A stretch of 64,000 bases of DNA, from positions 75,565 through 139,564 of the IMG/VR virus record IMGVR_UViG_3300024262_000015. The stretch is one strand, 5' to 3'. Shown here piece after piece: positions 48,472 to 59,900 of the stretch. Source of the stretch: a virus. Below the pieces are notes generated by a model that was not told the origin of the DNA, ran no database searches, and worked only from the letters and a program-made list of their open reading frames with translations. Position 1 is the first letter of the stretch; each line of letters opens with the position of its first letter. Position numbers and translations under genes: made by a program.

Positions 48472-50153
48472 TGGCGGATAATGAGGTAATTCCTGAGCAA
48501 GTTCCCGTTAATGATCCAAGGGATGATACCAATACTGTAGAGACCAATATTCTTTATTTGTTTAACACTATTTTGGCTCCGATTGCTTTTAAAAGAAGCA
48601 AATCTAGTCCTGCTGCTATTGAAGAAGTTCCAAAACAAAAGGGCCAATGTGGAACTGTTTTGGCAGATCGATTAGCTATTGCTGGATTTTCTCCCGAGCC
48701 ACAAGAAAGCCTCGCACATACTTTTTATAGGATGATCGGGCTACCAATTATTGGGCGTGATGGAAATTTTTATAATCCCGGCTTTGACCCTACAAGAAAT
48801 GTCAAGACGGCCGAAGCTCAGATTTCTATTTCACAAAATATTGACCAAACGTTAAGAGACATGGCGCGTCTAAGAGAAAATGCTGCTAGGGAGCGTTTGA
48901 GCATATTTAAAAAGAGAGGTCTTAATGCGGCTATCTATGGAATGGTGATGGGAAAGGTGCCAATGCCTTTTCAAAATATGGACGCAAACAAAGAATTTAA
49001 TGAATTAGACAAACAGATTTTTACTTTGCCAAGTCGTAAATCTTTTATAGAAAATAATTTTGAGGCTGCCGATCCAGAAAAAGAAATAACTAATTTTTTT
49101 GCTTCAGGCAATCATATGCTTAAGCCGTTTGTGTGTGACCCCATGATTTCGGATACTGTGATGCCAGGAAGCAGTTTGTTTGCTGCCCCATTTTTGAAGG
49201 ACAAAACTGATCAGTATTGGGATAATGATATATATTTGGACCGTCCTATTTTAGAACAGGTGTTGCGTCAAAGGATTGAGCAGCGAAATCTAATAGGTGT
49301 TCTAGAAAGGGTGACGGGCCTGGTAGGAGGCAGTGAGTTCTTAGCTAATCTACAAGGTCTGAGTATAGACCAGCAACGCAATGTTGTATCTGCTTTATTA
49401 GCTAAAAAAGAAATAGATCCTGACCTTATTCCTGAGCTTCTTAAGTCTAATTCTGGCTTTGAGTTATCTAAAGTTACAGAAACAATACAAGCATTAAAGG
49501 GGATTATAACTAGATTGGTAGCTGCAGTGCAAGAGATTGCGGCCGTTAACAAGACCTTGATTTGGACCCCTCTTGCAACCACCCTTGGTCCAGTAGGGGG
49601 AGTGGCTGAATTATCCAAACTTGTAAGAACTAAAGTTCAGATTGCCGAGCTAACACGTCAGATTGAGGCGATGCGTTTGGCTAATGTTGCTGCGGACTTT
49701 CAAATCCCTACAAGCCTAAATGAAATAGGTCCTTTTGCGTTGTTGGTTGCTGATCAAATTAGAAAGACTTTTAATGCTGATTTACATGCCTTAACTCAAA
49801 AGGAATTGGAATGTGTTAGAAAGGGAAGCGATGCCCTTAGAGATATTGAAATTATAACTGGAGAAATTTCAGGGTTTGGACTCGTTGATTATTTTGCTAT
49901 TATGGCGACTCTTTGGTCACTGGATTTAAATGTTGTAATTAGTCTTTTGGATGAGTCATCTTTTGCGCGTCTTTATTCTAATAACATTGAGCTTATAAAT
50001 CCTGAAGTTCAAGCGCGGAAGTCAGCGAAGAAACCGGTTGTTGAGATTAAGGAAGCAATAACACAATTTCAAAATAGGGTCGTTAATATTTTGGCATTTT
50101 GTGATGGGCTTAAGGCAGACGCATTGGGCCTTAAGAAACCGCAACAAAGTTAG
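48471..50153 (+). CDS. Hypothetical baseplate-region protein
   Basis: 560 aa; RBS GGAGGT; overlaps the upstream stop. Confidence 0.7.
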   Translation: MADNEVIPEQVPVNDPRDDTNTVETNILYLFNTILAPIAFKRSKSSPAAIEEVPKQKGQCGTVLADRLAIAGFSPEPQESLAHTFYRMIGLPIIGRDGNFYNPGFDPTRNVKTAEAQISISQNIDQTLRDMARLRENAARERLSIFKKRGLNAAIYGMVMGKVPMPFQNMDANKEFNELDKQIFTLPSRKSFIENNFEAADPEKEITNFFASGNHMLKPFVCDPMISDTVMPGSSLFAAPFLKDKTDQYWDNDIYLDRPILEQVLRQRIEQRNLIGVLERVTGLVGGSEFLANLQGLSIDQQRNVVSALLAKKEIDPDLIPELLKSNSGFELSKVTETIQALKGIITRLVAAVQEIAAVNKTLIWTPLATTLGPVGGVAELSKLVRTKVQIAELTRQIEAMRLANVAADFQIPTSLNEIGPFALLVADQIRKTFNADLHALTQKELECVRKGSDALRDIEIITGEISGFGLVDYFAIMATLWSLDLNVVISLLDESSFARLYSNNIELINPEVQARKSAKKPVVEIKEAITQFQNRVVNILAFCDGLKADALGLKKPQQS

Positions 50154-50159
50154 GGATGA

Positions 50160-50600
50160 ATGTCATTTGACCTAAGAATATCCGAAGGTGATCTTTCACT
50201 TTCAGCAGAAAACGATTTAGCTACTGTAGAGAATGGAGACAAGCTCATTCAAGATATATTAAAAATAATTCAAACCCCTATTGGAGGGAATGCCTTTTTT
50301 CCTTGGTATGGCTCTCCTGTGGCTAACACTTTAATCGGTACCTCTTTGGATACAGGATTTATTTCTTCGGTAGCATCTTCCCAATTGCGTGCCAGTTTGG
50401 ATAATTTAAAGACGCTTCAGAATGCACAGTTAAGGGAGTTTGGCCAAAACGTTACTCCTCAAGAACAAATAGCTGCAATAGAGGGCGTTTCTGTAGAGCG
50501 TAATGCTATTGATCCCCGCTACTTCTCTGTTTATGTTTCTATTATTTCCAAAGCCAGAACACGAGAACAGGTAGAGATTCAAATAGATCCCACCTTGTAA
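50160..50600 (+). CDS. Baseplate wedge/sheath initiator (gp25-like)
   Basis: DLATVENGDKLIQDILKIIQTPIGGNAFFPWYGS. Confidence 0.8.
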   Translation: MSFDLRISEGDLSLSAENDLATVENGDKLIQDILKIIQTPIGGNAFFPWYGSPVANTLIGTSLDTGFISSVASSQLRASLDNLKTLQNAQLREFGQNVTPQEQIAAIEGVSVERNAIDPRYFSVYVSIISKARTREQVEIQIDPTL

Positions 50601-50716
50601 ACTCTTTAACTGCCGGCTGTAGGCTTTCTTTAATGTAGGCTATTAAAATCGGATGCATTATTACGCATTTGGGTTGGGTATAGTGTTAGTTAAGCCTTTT
50701 TTAGCAAGAGTGGTAC

Positions 50717-53700
50717 ATGGTAAGAATCCGAACTCAAAACGAGATTGTTCTGGATACAATCGATTTTTTTAGGAAAGCTAAGCCCCAGCTTGATACCAAA
50801 CCAGGAACTGTAGCGCGGGATTTAGTTATTAATGCTCCTGCCTCTCAGCTTGCTCCATTATATGAAGCGCTAGCACAGGTGGAATCTAGCCAGGCCTTGA
50901 TAAATGCTATTGGCCAAAACCTAGATAGACTAGGACAAAACTTTGGAGCTTCTCGATTAGATGGTAGCCGATCTTCGGGAGAGGCGTTGCTGACTTTTGC
51001 AAGTTTAGAAGCTGACATAGTTATTAATGCCGGCAGTAGTATTGCTTCTAATAATGGGTCAACGTTTCAGGTTTCTCAAGGAATTACGATCAGTGTTATT
51101 CAAAAGAATTTCTATCGTTCCTTGGCTTCTAGGTTTAGGCAGGATTTAGATTTCGTTGGGATTACAGATGAGTTTGCGGCATTGGTTCCGGCGCAAGCAA
51201 CTCAGCGTGGCTCCAGCAGCAATATATCTCGCTTTGCTTTAACTGCCACTGCTATACCGGGGGTCGATAACGTAACCAATCCCAATGCTTTTGGTGGTGG
51301 TACAGATTCAGAAACAGATGCGGCGTACAGACAGAGGATTTTAGGAGTTTTCTCAGGCGCTAATACAGGAACCACTACAGGTTATCGGCAGGCCATCCTT
51401 GGTATTGCAGCCGCTTTAGATGCGAGGGTAGTTGGTCCAGGCAATCCCCTAATGACGCGCGACGGAACGGATGTGGTTGACGTAGATGGGGTACGGATAA
51501 TTGTGTCTGAGGGTACGGGTGGCAAGGTAGATATATACGTGTTCGGATTAAGAATTCAATCTATTCTAGATACATATATTTACCGAGATAAGAGCAATAC
51601 CGGAGATGCTACAGCTACGATTAATGACTTTGTGTTGGGACAGATTGATGGTGATGAGGGCAAGACTGTTTCTACTCGAAGGGTAGAGAACTTACAAAAT
51701 GAAACACTGCCAGATCAACCGGTTAACAATATTGTTTCTGTGGTTGGCTCGGCTAGTGGGGAAAACTTTTTGCCTATTTCCATTAACGAATTTGGGGTAA
51801 TCTCGGGTAACTATCAATTAATAAGAGATACCGGAGCGTTTGGTGGAAGTCCTTGGGGTTTTGATAAGCTTCATTGGATCTCTAATCAGATAATAAACTT
51901 TAAGGAAGATCTTACTAAGGGAATTTTTAATGGCCAAGATCCCCTTTCGTTTACTGATGCTACTAGAATAGGGGGAGCGACTCAGCCTTACTCGGTAGCC
52001 AATGAAAATAGCGATGTAAATCCAGTAGATAGATCCTCTATTCAGCTACTACATTATCCCGTTACCAATGTAAGCCGAGTTTTTAATGTGACAACCGGAG
52101 AGAGGTATGTTGTATCTAATCAGAACCCAGATGGAACAGGGGCACAAAACAATACTGGTAGAATAACAATCCGGGGAAATACTCTTCCTACAACTACAGA
52201 TATTTTACAAATAGATTATACTTGGCTTTATAATTACGATCCTAATTATGATTTTTATAATTTGGAGAGTGGAGAAAATATACGCCCTGCTGTGGATGTT
52301 ATAGACTGGGGCTTTTCTAATGATGTACGGCAAGAAAGAGAGCCGGTTGAAGATGGTTATTTAAATGTTATTCATCCGGTAAGTTCTGTTATTAGCGTTA
52401 ATACTTTTGAAGAGGTTCTTTCAACAGTAACTTCCGTTTCAGGTAGACTGGCTGTTGTGCTTACGGTGCCTGTTAATAATGTAGTTTCTATTCGGCGTGT
52501 TTCTGATGGGGCAGAGCTTTTTGGAACAGCCCGTGATGATGGGTCTATAAATGGCCTAGTCATTTTTCTTCCTACTGATACTGTGGGAAAGATTGGGCAA
52601 GCGGTTGATGTGACCTTTAATGCGGTAAATGTTTTTGTTAGAGATGGTGTTCAAGGAAGCTTTAGTGGCAACACCATTACTTTACCAGCGAGCGTGTTTT
52701 TGCCTCCCGATCCGCTGCCTGTAGGAACAATTGTTCAGGCTAACTATATTGCGAATGTTCGTACTCTTTTGCCAGCTACTACGCTTTCATCATTACCAGC
52801 CTGCGAATCTGGTAATGGCTTTATAACTACCACCTCTAACGGCACAATAGGGTTTCAGCCGTTTACTAATACCTTTTCTAGTCCTGGAGTTGTAGATGAA
52901 AACCTCCGTCGCGCACCCACACGTTTATCTATGGTAATTGGGGGGACTGTTTCGGCGGGCGTTTTAACGGCCCAGGGAACAACTATTAAAGGTGTCTTTG
53001 ATGTTGTTTTTACGGCCACGCAAGCAAGTCTTACCCAAGATTTATCATCAGTTATTCGAAGCTCCCTTGGACTGGCCAGCAATGCTTCTATACCCTCAAC
53101 AGTAAGGATTGGGCGGTTAGTATCAGTAGAGAAAGTAAATACTGCTTTTGCCAATTCCCAAGTCGTTACTCAGGTGTTAAATGATTATGATATCCTGGGC
53201 TATGGGATTAGCAATAATGAATTTACAAAAAACCAAGCGGTGGCTGAAACAGATTTATCCTCAACTCAGTTTACTTTACCTTCTACCTTTTCTAATTTAA
53301 ATTCTGTTCCTAAAGTGGGAGATAGGTTGAGGGTAACCTTTTACTATGTGACCACGGATGATTCAGAAAACATATTCTTTAGTAGAGCAGGTACTTTGGT
53401 AACCCAGAAGAGGTTTGCTCATATTAAGGCCATTATTATTTCTAGCGGGTTTACATCTTCTCCTTCTCAAAGCGCTACTCTTACTGTTAATAATCAGAAT
53501 CAGCCTACTGGAGGAGCGAGATATAGTCCATCGTATAATTATATTGCGCCTAAATCTAATGAGAGAATTTCTATTCGCTATAACTTAAATCAGTTAATTA
53601 AAGATGAAACTCTTGAGATTGAAAGAGTACGTCCGGTTACTGCTGATGTATTGGTAAAAGCCAGCATTCCTGTGTTGGTAGATGCAAGTATGGTTATTGT

Positions 53701-53968
53701 AGTGCTTCCGGCTTTTGTTACTTCATCAAATATTGTTGTACAAAATGTAAAGGATGTAGTCGTCTCGGCTTTAAACGCTACTGCTCTAGGGACTACAATT
53801 GACCAGTCAGATCTTGTTGCAGTGGCTATGGGAGTGGAAGGGGTGGATAGAGTTAGGATAACAAAGTTTAATTTACCGGGGATAGTAGGAAATGTTTTAA
53901 GCATTAGGGCAGGCGAGAACGAATACTTGCAAGCCAACAATGTTCAAGTAACAACAGAAACGAGGTAA
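50717..53968 (+). CDS. Baseplate J / gp6-like wedge protein (1 DGY)
   Basis: PGTVARDL, LDRLGQNFGASR, VTNPNAFGGGTDSETDAAYRQR, C-terminal SDLVAVAMGVEGVDRV. Confidence 0.88.
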   Translation: MVRIRTQNEIVLDTIDFFRKAKPQLDTKPGTVARDLVINAPASQLAPLYEALAQVESSQALINAIGQNLDRLGQNFGASRLDGSRSSGEALLTFASLEADIVINAGSSIASNNGSTFQVSQGITISVIQKNFYRSLASRFRQDLDFVGITDEFAALVPAQATQRGSSSNISRFALTATAIPGVDNVTNPNAFGGGTDSETDAAYRQRILGVFSGANTGTTTGYRQAILGIAAALDARVVGPGNPLMTRDGTDVVDVDGVRIIVSEGTGGKVDIYVFGLRIQSILDTYIYRDKSNTGDATATINDFVLGQIDGDEGKTVSTRRVENLQNETLPDQPVNNIVSVVGSASGENFLPISINEFGVISGNYQLIRDTGAFGGSPWGFDKLHWISNQIINFKEDLTKGIFNGQDPLSFTDATRIGGATQPYSVANENSDVNPVDRSSIQLLHYPVTNVSRVFNVTTGERYVVSNQNPDGTGAQNNTGRITIRGNTLPTTTDILQIDYTWLYNYDPNYDFYNLESGENIRPAVDVIDWGFSNDVRQEREPVEDGYLNVIHPVSSVISVNTFEEVLSTVTSVSGRLAVVLTVPVNNVVSIRRVSDGAELFGTARDDGSINGLVIFLPTDTVGKIGQAVDVTFNAVNVFVRDGVQGSFSGNTITLPASVFLPPDPLPVGTIVQANYIANVRTLLPATTLSSLPACESGNGFITTTSNGTIGFQPFTNTFSSPGVVDENLRRAPTRLSMVIGGTVSAGVLTAQGTTIKGVFDVVFTATQASLTQDLSSVIRSSLGLASNASIPSTVRIGRLVSVEKVNTAFANSQVVTQVLNDYDILGYGISNNEFTKNQAVAETDLSSTQFTLPSTFSNLNSVPKVGDRLRVTFYYVTTDDSENIFFSRAGTLVTQKRFAHIKAIIISSGFTSSPSQSATLTVNNQNQPTGGARYSPSYNYIAPKSNERISIRYNLNQLIKDETLEIERVRPVTADVLVKASIPVLVDASMVIVVLPAFVTSSNIVVQNVKDVVVSALNATALGTTIDQSDLVAVAMGVEGVDRVRITKFNLPGIVGNVLSIRAGENEYLQANNVQVTTETR

Positions 53969-56900
53969 ATGGCCAACCTTCGCCTTGTTCAGTTAAGAGT
54001 TAATAACAGTCGAACTATTCGGTCTAGTTGGACTGAAGACCTTGATCCTAATATTGGTACGGATAATGTTATTATTCGTTCTATTAATCCAGGAGTAGGA
54101 GATAGTCTTGTTCAGACTGTTTCTATTACAAAACGCTTTCTTACAATTACTTGCCTACCTTTGATTCCATTTGCACGATACGAGGTTGTGTTTAGGTCTA
54201 CTCTTGCTCAGCCTTTTCAATCTAAGAATCACAGATCTCACTTATTAGAAGATGCTAAGACAAATGTTGCCCCCATTCTTGGCGCTGAGAATCCTGTTAA
54301 CGCTGCCAGAAATAACATTCTTTTTCTCTTAGCTAAAAATATTTATGATCTCCAACAAGGAACATTTGTAAGAACAGTTTTAGATAGGATTGGAGGAGGA
54401 ATACAGGGAGCTAACAATGATATTGGCCAGCTTAGAAACAGTACATTTTTAGATGCCCCTGTTATTGATGAAAGGAAAGTAAGGGGTTATGGTCCCTATG
54501 ATAAATTAAGCGAGGGTAGTGCGTATGATATTATACGTGTTGGTCAAACAGAAACTAATACTACTTTATCTGGATCTATTTCTTTGGCTTCTTTTCCTTT
54601 CGACCCCATTTCTCTTCAAGCTCGAACAGTTATAAATGAAGGGCTAGAGGCAGGAACGGGAGCCGGAACCTTTGATCGATTTATATTAACAGTCAATAAG
54701 GGCCCGGTTATTATTGTTGAATCTATTCGAATAACTTATGCAGATACTACAACCTTTGATTATCCCATCAATAGTTTGGGCTATAGACTTCAAAACTCTA
54801 GATATGATTCCCCTCATGCTTCTACTTTCTTAGGTTTGGAGCCAAATCAAATTGAGCTTAACGATGATGTAATTGATTTGCCGGGGTTTAAGATTCCTGC
54901 TGTTGGTGATTTTATAAGGATCACCTATCAGTTTAAAGCTCTAGGCAGGTATGTTGAAGCTGAGTCTGTGGTGGTATCTAGGGTATTGGTTCAGCTTAGA
55001 GAATCTACTCCTGCTCTTATTAATCAATTTAGTTTACAACATGCTCCTATTGTAAATAATAAAGATGAAATTCCACAAACTGGTGGGGTACAGTTTTTAG
55101 ATCCTGAGTCTGATACTCCTTTTCAAACTGTTCATCCAGCTTTTATTACAGAAATTCCGTTTGTTTTTGAAAACATTCCTAGGAATCCTGGCGAGTACAG
55201 TGTGGACTATGCAACGGGTAGAGTTTTTGTGTTCGGAGCCAATAAAGAACAAGAGGGAACGGGCTTCTTTCCTCCGGCTGCTACTTATAAGTATCGCAAA
55301 GTTTTTCAAAATGATTTAGATTATATATATAATCCAGAAGAACAAGAGATTGTTCAGTCTCCGCTCAGAGATCTTGCTACCCAACCAGTAAAGATTACAT
55401 TTAATTATGAAGAAGCGCTAATACCTTATACAGATTTTATTCCCCAGGTTCATCAAGAGGTTTTAGATGAACGCATGGAAAATAGATTGGTGGCATCTAA
55501 TGCATTACAGGTTACTAATAGCCCAGTAACAAATGTGTTTCGGATCTTTAATGAAACATCCGGAGAGATTTATAGTGTGACTCGCTTTGAGGGAGACACT
55601 ATTTTTTATTCTTTTGACTTTCCTCCTGCTGTTGGAGAAGAGAATAGAGAAAGGGCTTCATTCAAATTCTTTAATGGAGAAACGCTAATCCTTTCTAAGG
55701 AATTTCTAAATGCTAAGGGAGTAAGGGTCTTTAAGGTTCCTCTTCAAAGCTTCCCAGTTATTTCAGCTACTCAGGATCTGATTGGAAGTAGCTTTAACTC
55801 AAGCGCTACCTTTAGTCGAAATGATTTATTTGAGCTAGAGCTTTATTATGATGACTTCTTATCTGAAACATTTAATGTAAATAGATTAGAAATAGGTTTT
55901 TATTCTATAAACTATGAAGAGGGTTTAGTTTATGTAGGGGTAGCGTCCTCTCAAATAGCTGATGTTGGAACTATTACTTATGCTGGTCCAATTATTGTGC
56001 CAAACAATCCTCATGTAACTGGGGTTGCAGATATTTTCTTTAGTCTTTCTCCCAATCTTCTTCCGAGCAAAAGGTTTAATTATTCAGGCTTTCAAGAGGC
56101 AGAAATATTTCCTCTTGGCCTAGATTTTTCCAATGAGAGATTTTTTAATGGCGATCCCACTCAGCCGTATTTTGTTAATGCCGGAACCATTGAGGTTACC
56201 TATGACATTAGGGCTATCCAAGGAATCTATGATGGTTATGATTTAGACAACAACCTGATTCCTACCAATTTTGCTCCGGGGGCCACATTCTTAGGAACAC
56301 TGATTACTTTGGATCCTACTGGTATTCAGAAACAAACAAATGGGCTGGTGGTTCAGCCAGGGTTAGAGGTAACGGTTCCTACTATCGCTCCGGGGATTAA
56401 TCTCAACCTTGCTCTTTCAGTTATTCGAGTGAGTGATGGGGCCGAGCTTTTAGATGGTTATGAAACCATTATTGGTAATACAATTAACTTAAACATTGGT
56501 ACAGTTGGGGATGTGGTTAATGTTGTGTATACGGTAGAGCTTAATGGTGCGGCCACTCCCATAGTTGATTATGATCATGGAGGTCTTTATATAAATTATT
56601 CTTATGTGGCTGATGAGATTTTAATTAGCTATGAACATGGCAACAATCAATTAGATTTCTCACAAAGCTCTACATTAGATCCGGGTGATGTCTATTATGT
56701 CTCGTACAAAATAGGTGCGCTAAGAGATGCTTTGTTTAATAACTTTGGAAGCTTGGTTGCCATCCCTGACTTCGAGTCTTTTGATACGGATTTTTCTAGA
56801 GAGAGCTATAGAGATGCGCTTATTGGGGCCCTTCAGTCCTTTACTAAAGGCCCTACAATTCCTGCGCTTAAGGAGTTGGTCTCTGCAGTAACAAAGATTT

Positions 56901-59900
56901 CGCCCCGTATTACAGAGGCTATCTTTGAAGTATGGTCACTAGGCGTTAGTTTTCTTCAACCTGTAGAACCACAAGTTTTAGGGGAACCAATACTAACCCC
57001 AGGTAAGTTTGATCAAGGGATTTTGTGTACCAAGGTTGGCCAGGCTGTTTCGTTTCCTGTATCTAGCAATTTGAGGTTGGACGAAGGAACGATGCAGATG
57101 TGGGTTGTTCCGCAATGGGATGGTCTAGATAATGATGCTGAGCTTTTGTTTTGTGACTTAAAGCTAGATGGATATCTTCTTCCAGCAAACAAGATTTTTA
57201 TAGGAGCAGCGAGTACCAATCCTATTTACGATGCTCAAAATAAATTTAAGGTTAACCGCAATTCTGATGATTGTATTCCTGGAGGTGTTCCAAGTAAGCT
57301 TTTTACGGAGCCCAAAGGAATGTTTATTTACTTTGATGAAGATATTTCTCGATGGAATATGATTGTTAAAGATGGGTATGTTGCACCACCTGATGGATAT
57401 GTTTATAGTGGAAAGATAACTGCTACTGGTGAGTTTTATGATGTTAAGTATCTTCCCAATATGGGTGAGGGAACGGATCGTTTACAGAGTGCAGAAGGAA
57501 ATATTGAGTTTCGGTTAACAGTTGATAATGATGGATATTGTTTTAATGGACCTGTGGATGGTTATTCGTGTGATGGAATAACCTTTATGGCTGACGAGTT
57601 TCATTACTTCTTTGACTTTGCTGAGACGGCTACAACTAATCGGATGTCTCTTTATAAGGATGGATCTGGTTATTTAAATTTTGAAGTTTGGGATCGTGGA
57701 GGTCGTATACCAAATAGACCTACACGAAAGAATAGGTATTCAGTAAGTGCTGATATTCAATCTTGGAGAAAGGGCGAAAAGCATAATATAGCAACAGCAT
57801 GGCAAGTAAATACTTCTGATAACAGAGATGTTCTTCATTTGTTCATTGATGGTTTTGAAGTCCCTAATATTCTCAGGTATGGTGGTCGCCCTATAGCCAC
57901 ATCTTCGGATCGGTTTAGGACTGTTCAACCGGAAGTTGTAGCAGGAACATTGCCCGTTCCTATTGTTGGAGGCCATGATCTTGTCACGATAGCTGGGCAA
58001 CCCTTTGTTTCTTCTCCCACAATAGACTTTGAAGATAGAGGGGTGACTGGCGGGTTCATTCGTATTTTTGAAAGTGGGTTTGGAGACTTCTTAATAAACT
58101 CAGTAGCAGGAAATGTTATTACTCTTTCTTCCCCAATGCCTGCATCGTTATTGGATGCTCGCTTTTCGGTTAATCCCTTTACAGCAGTGGTATCTGATCA
58201 AGTAGGCATTGCTCCTAATGTAGAGGTGTCGATGCTAAGCGGTGGAGAGGAAGTAGAGATTCCTGGAGTCCGGGCTGAAAACCCTGCTTATGAAATTGGT
58301 AAGAATGCATTTAATGAAACTACCCTAACTATTTTGAATGATGGCTATACGGGAGATCAGATTCTTATTAGGACTCTAGGTCTTAACAACCGGCGGTGTA
58401 AGGAGCCCGTTTTTATCTGGGGGAATACTCAATCTATTCTAAAAACCAACCTTCCTCCTCCTATAAATGTTCAGGAAACTTTAATAACCAAAATTATTGT
58501 TCCATTGGTTCCTATTGGTCCAGCTAATTCTATTATTGTTGGGCCAAATTATGATGGTTACGTTGATGGTTATTTCCAGCCATCTAATGTTGTTGAAGGA
58601 CGAAAGTTAGCGGTTCGTATTACTGGAGATAATATTGATTTTACTACTCCTACTACGGTAACCATAAGCGGAGCAACGACTGGTGGGCCTTTGAGTGAGA
58701 CCTTAGTTTTTACTCAAGTAGAGACATTGCCTACAGTAGCAAGGTTTACACAGATAGATGAAGTAAATGTTGTAACCCGTCCTGTAACCTTTTTGAGAGA
58801 CGGTACTGCAGTAGAGATAACTGAACTGTTCCCTATCACTGTAGCCGATACAAATGCCATTTATCCTGTTATTAGGTATGCTTTAAAGACTGGCCAAGGA
58901 GATACGCTTCAAGGAGACGGAAGTGATATTGTAACTGATCCTGATGGAGACTTTGCCCTATCTGATGTCGGAAATCTAATTAAGCTTACTCTTCCTTTAA
59001 TAGTAAGTGGGGTATATGAAATAGTAGAGAGGATTTCTAATACAGAAGTAAGGCTTTCTCCAGCCCCACCAGTTGCATTTGTAGGGGGAGACTATGAGAT
59101 TTATCAAATTACTCCTTCTACTAATGGTTTCCAAAACGGATTTTTCTTTTTGCTTGAGGCGGGGACTGCGAATACACCATTTGAATTAACGGAAGGGTTT
59201 TATGAGTTCAATTATTCTGCGTATCTTGAAATACCTTTTGACCCTCTCTGTCAACAAGCTTTTATCGGTAATAATTTCCTGGGCGATAAACCAGCTAAAG
59301 CTATTATTGATGAGTTTAGAATCCTCTCAAGACAACTCACTGATACCCGTGTGGGAGAAGATTTAGACGCAGGGCAAGAGTCTATTACTACAGGATATAC
59401 TGCTATCCGTCCCTTTATTAAAAACCCTCAGACGCTGGTGTTAATTCATTTTGATACTCTTCCATTAGATAATGATTCAGATTTTTATGTTTTTGCAAAT
59501 AAAGATTTTATCCAATCAGCCAATAGTGTAAATGAGCGCTTTGAACAATCTATTGTTATTAAAGAAAAAGGCTTGGAGTTTCAAAACGAAGGACGCTTAG
59601 ATACCAGAAATAGTGGAACCATTGAGTTTTGGATTAGCCCTAGGTTTGATACTCTTAATGATCCAAACCTAAGGTTTTACTTTGATGCCGCCGCTGCTGT
59701 TACGGAAGATACAGTAAGTGATACTAAAACTCAGTTAAAGGTTTCTAATCGTATTTTTGAGATTATAGAAATAAGAGAAATAGGCAACCCCAATTCTCCT
59801 AACTTTGCTGATGGGGCGCTGGTATCTGATGACCGAACTACTATAAATCTAAGCAAAGCATTACCCGGATCTAAAACTCCAGTGACAGTTACCTTTGTTC

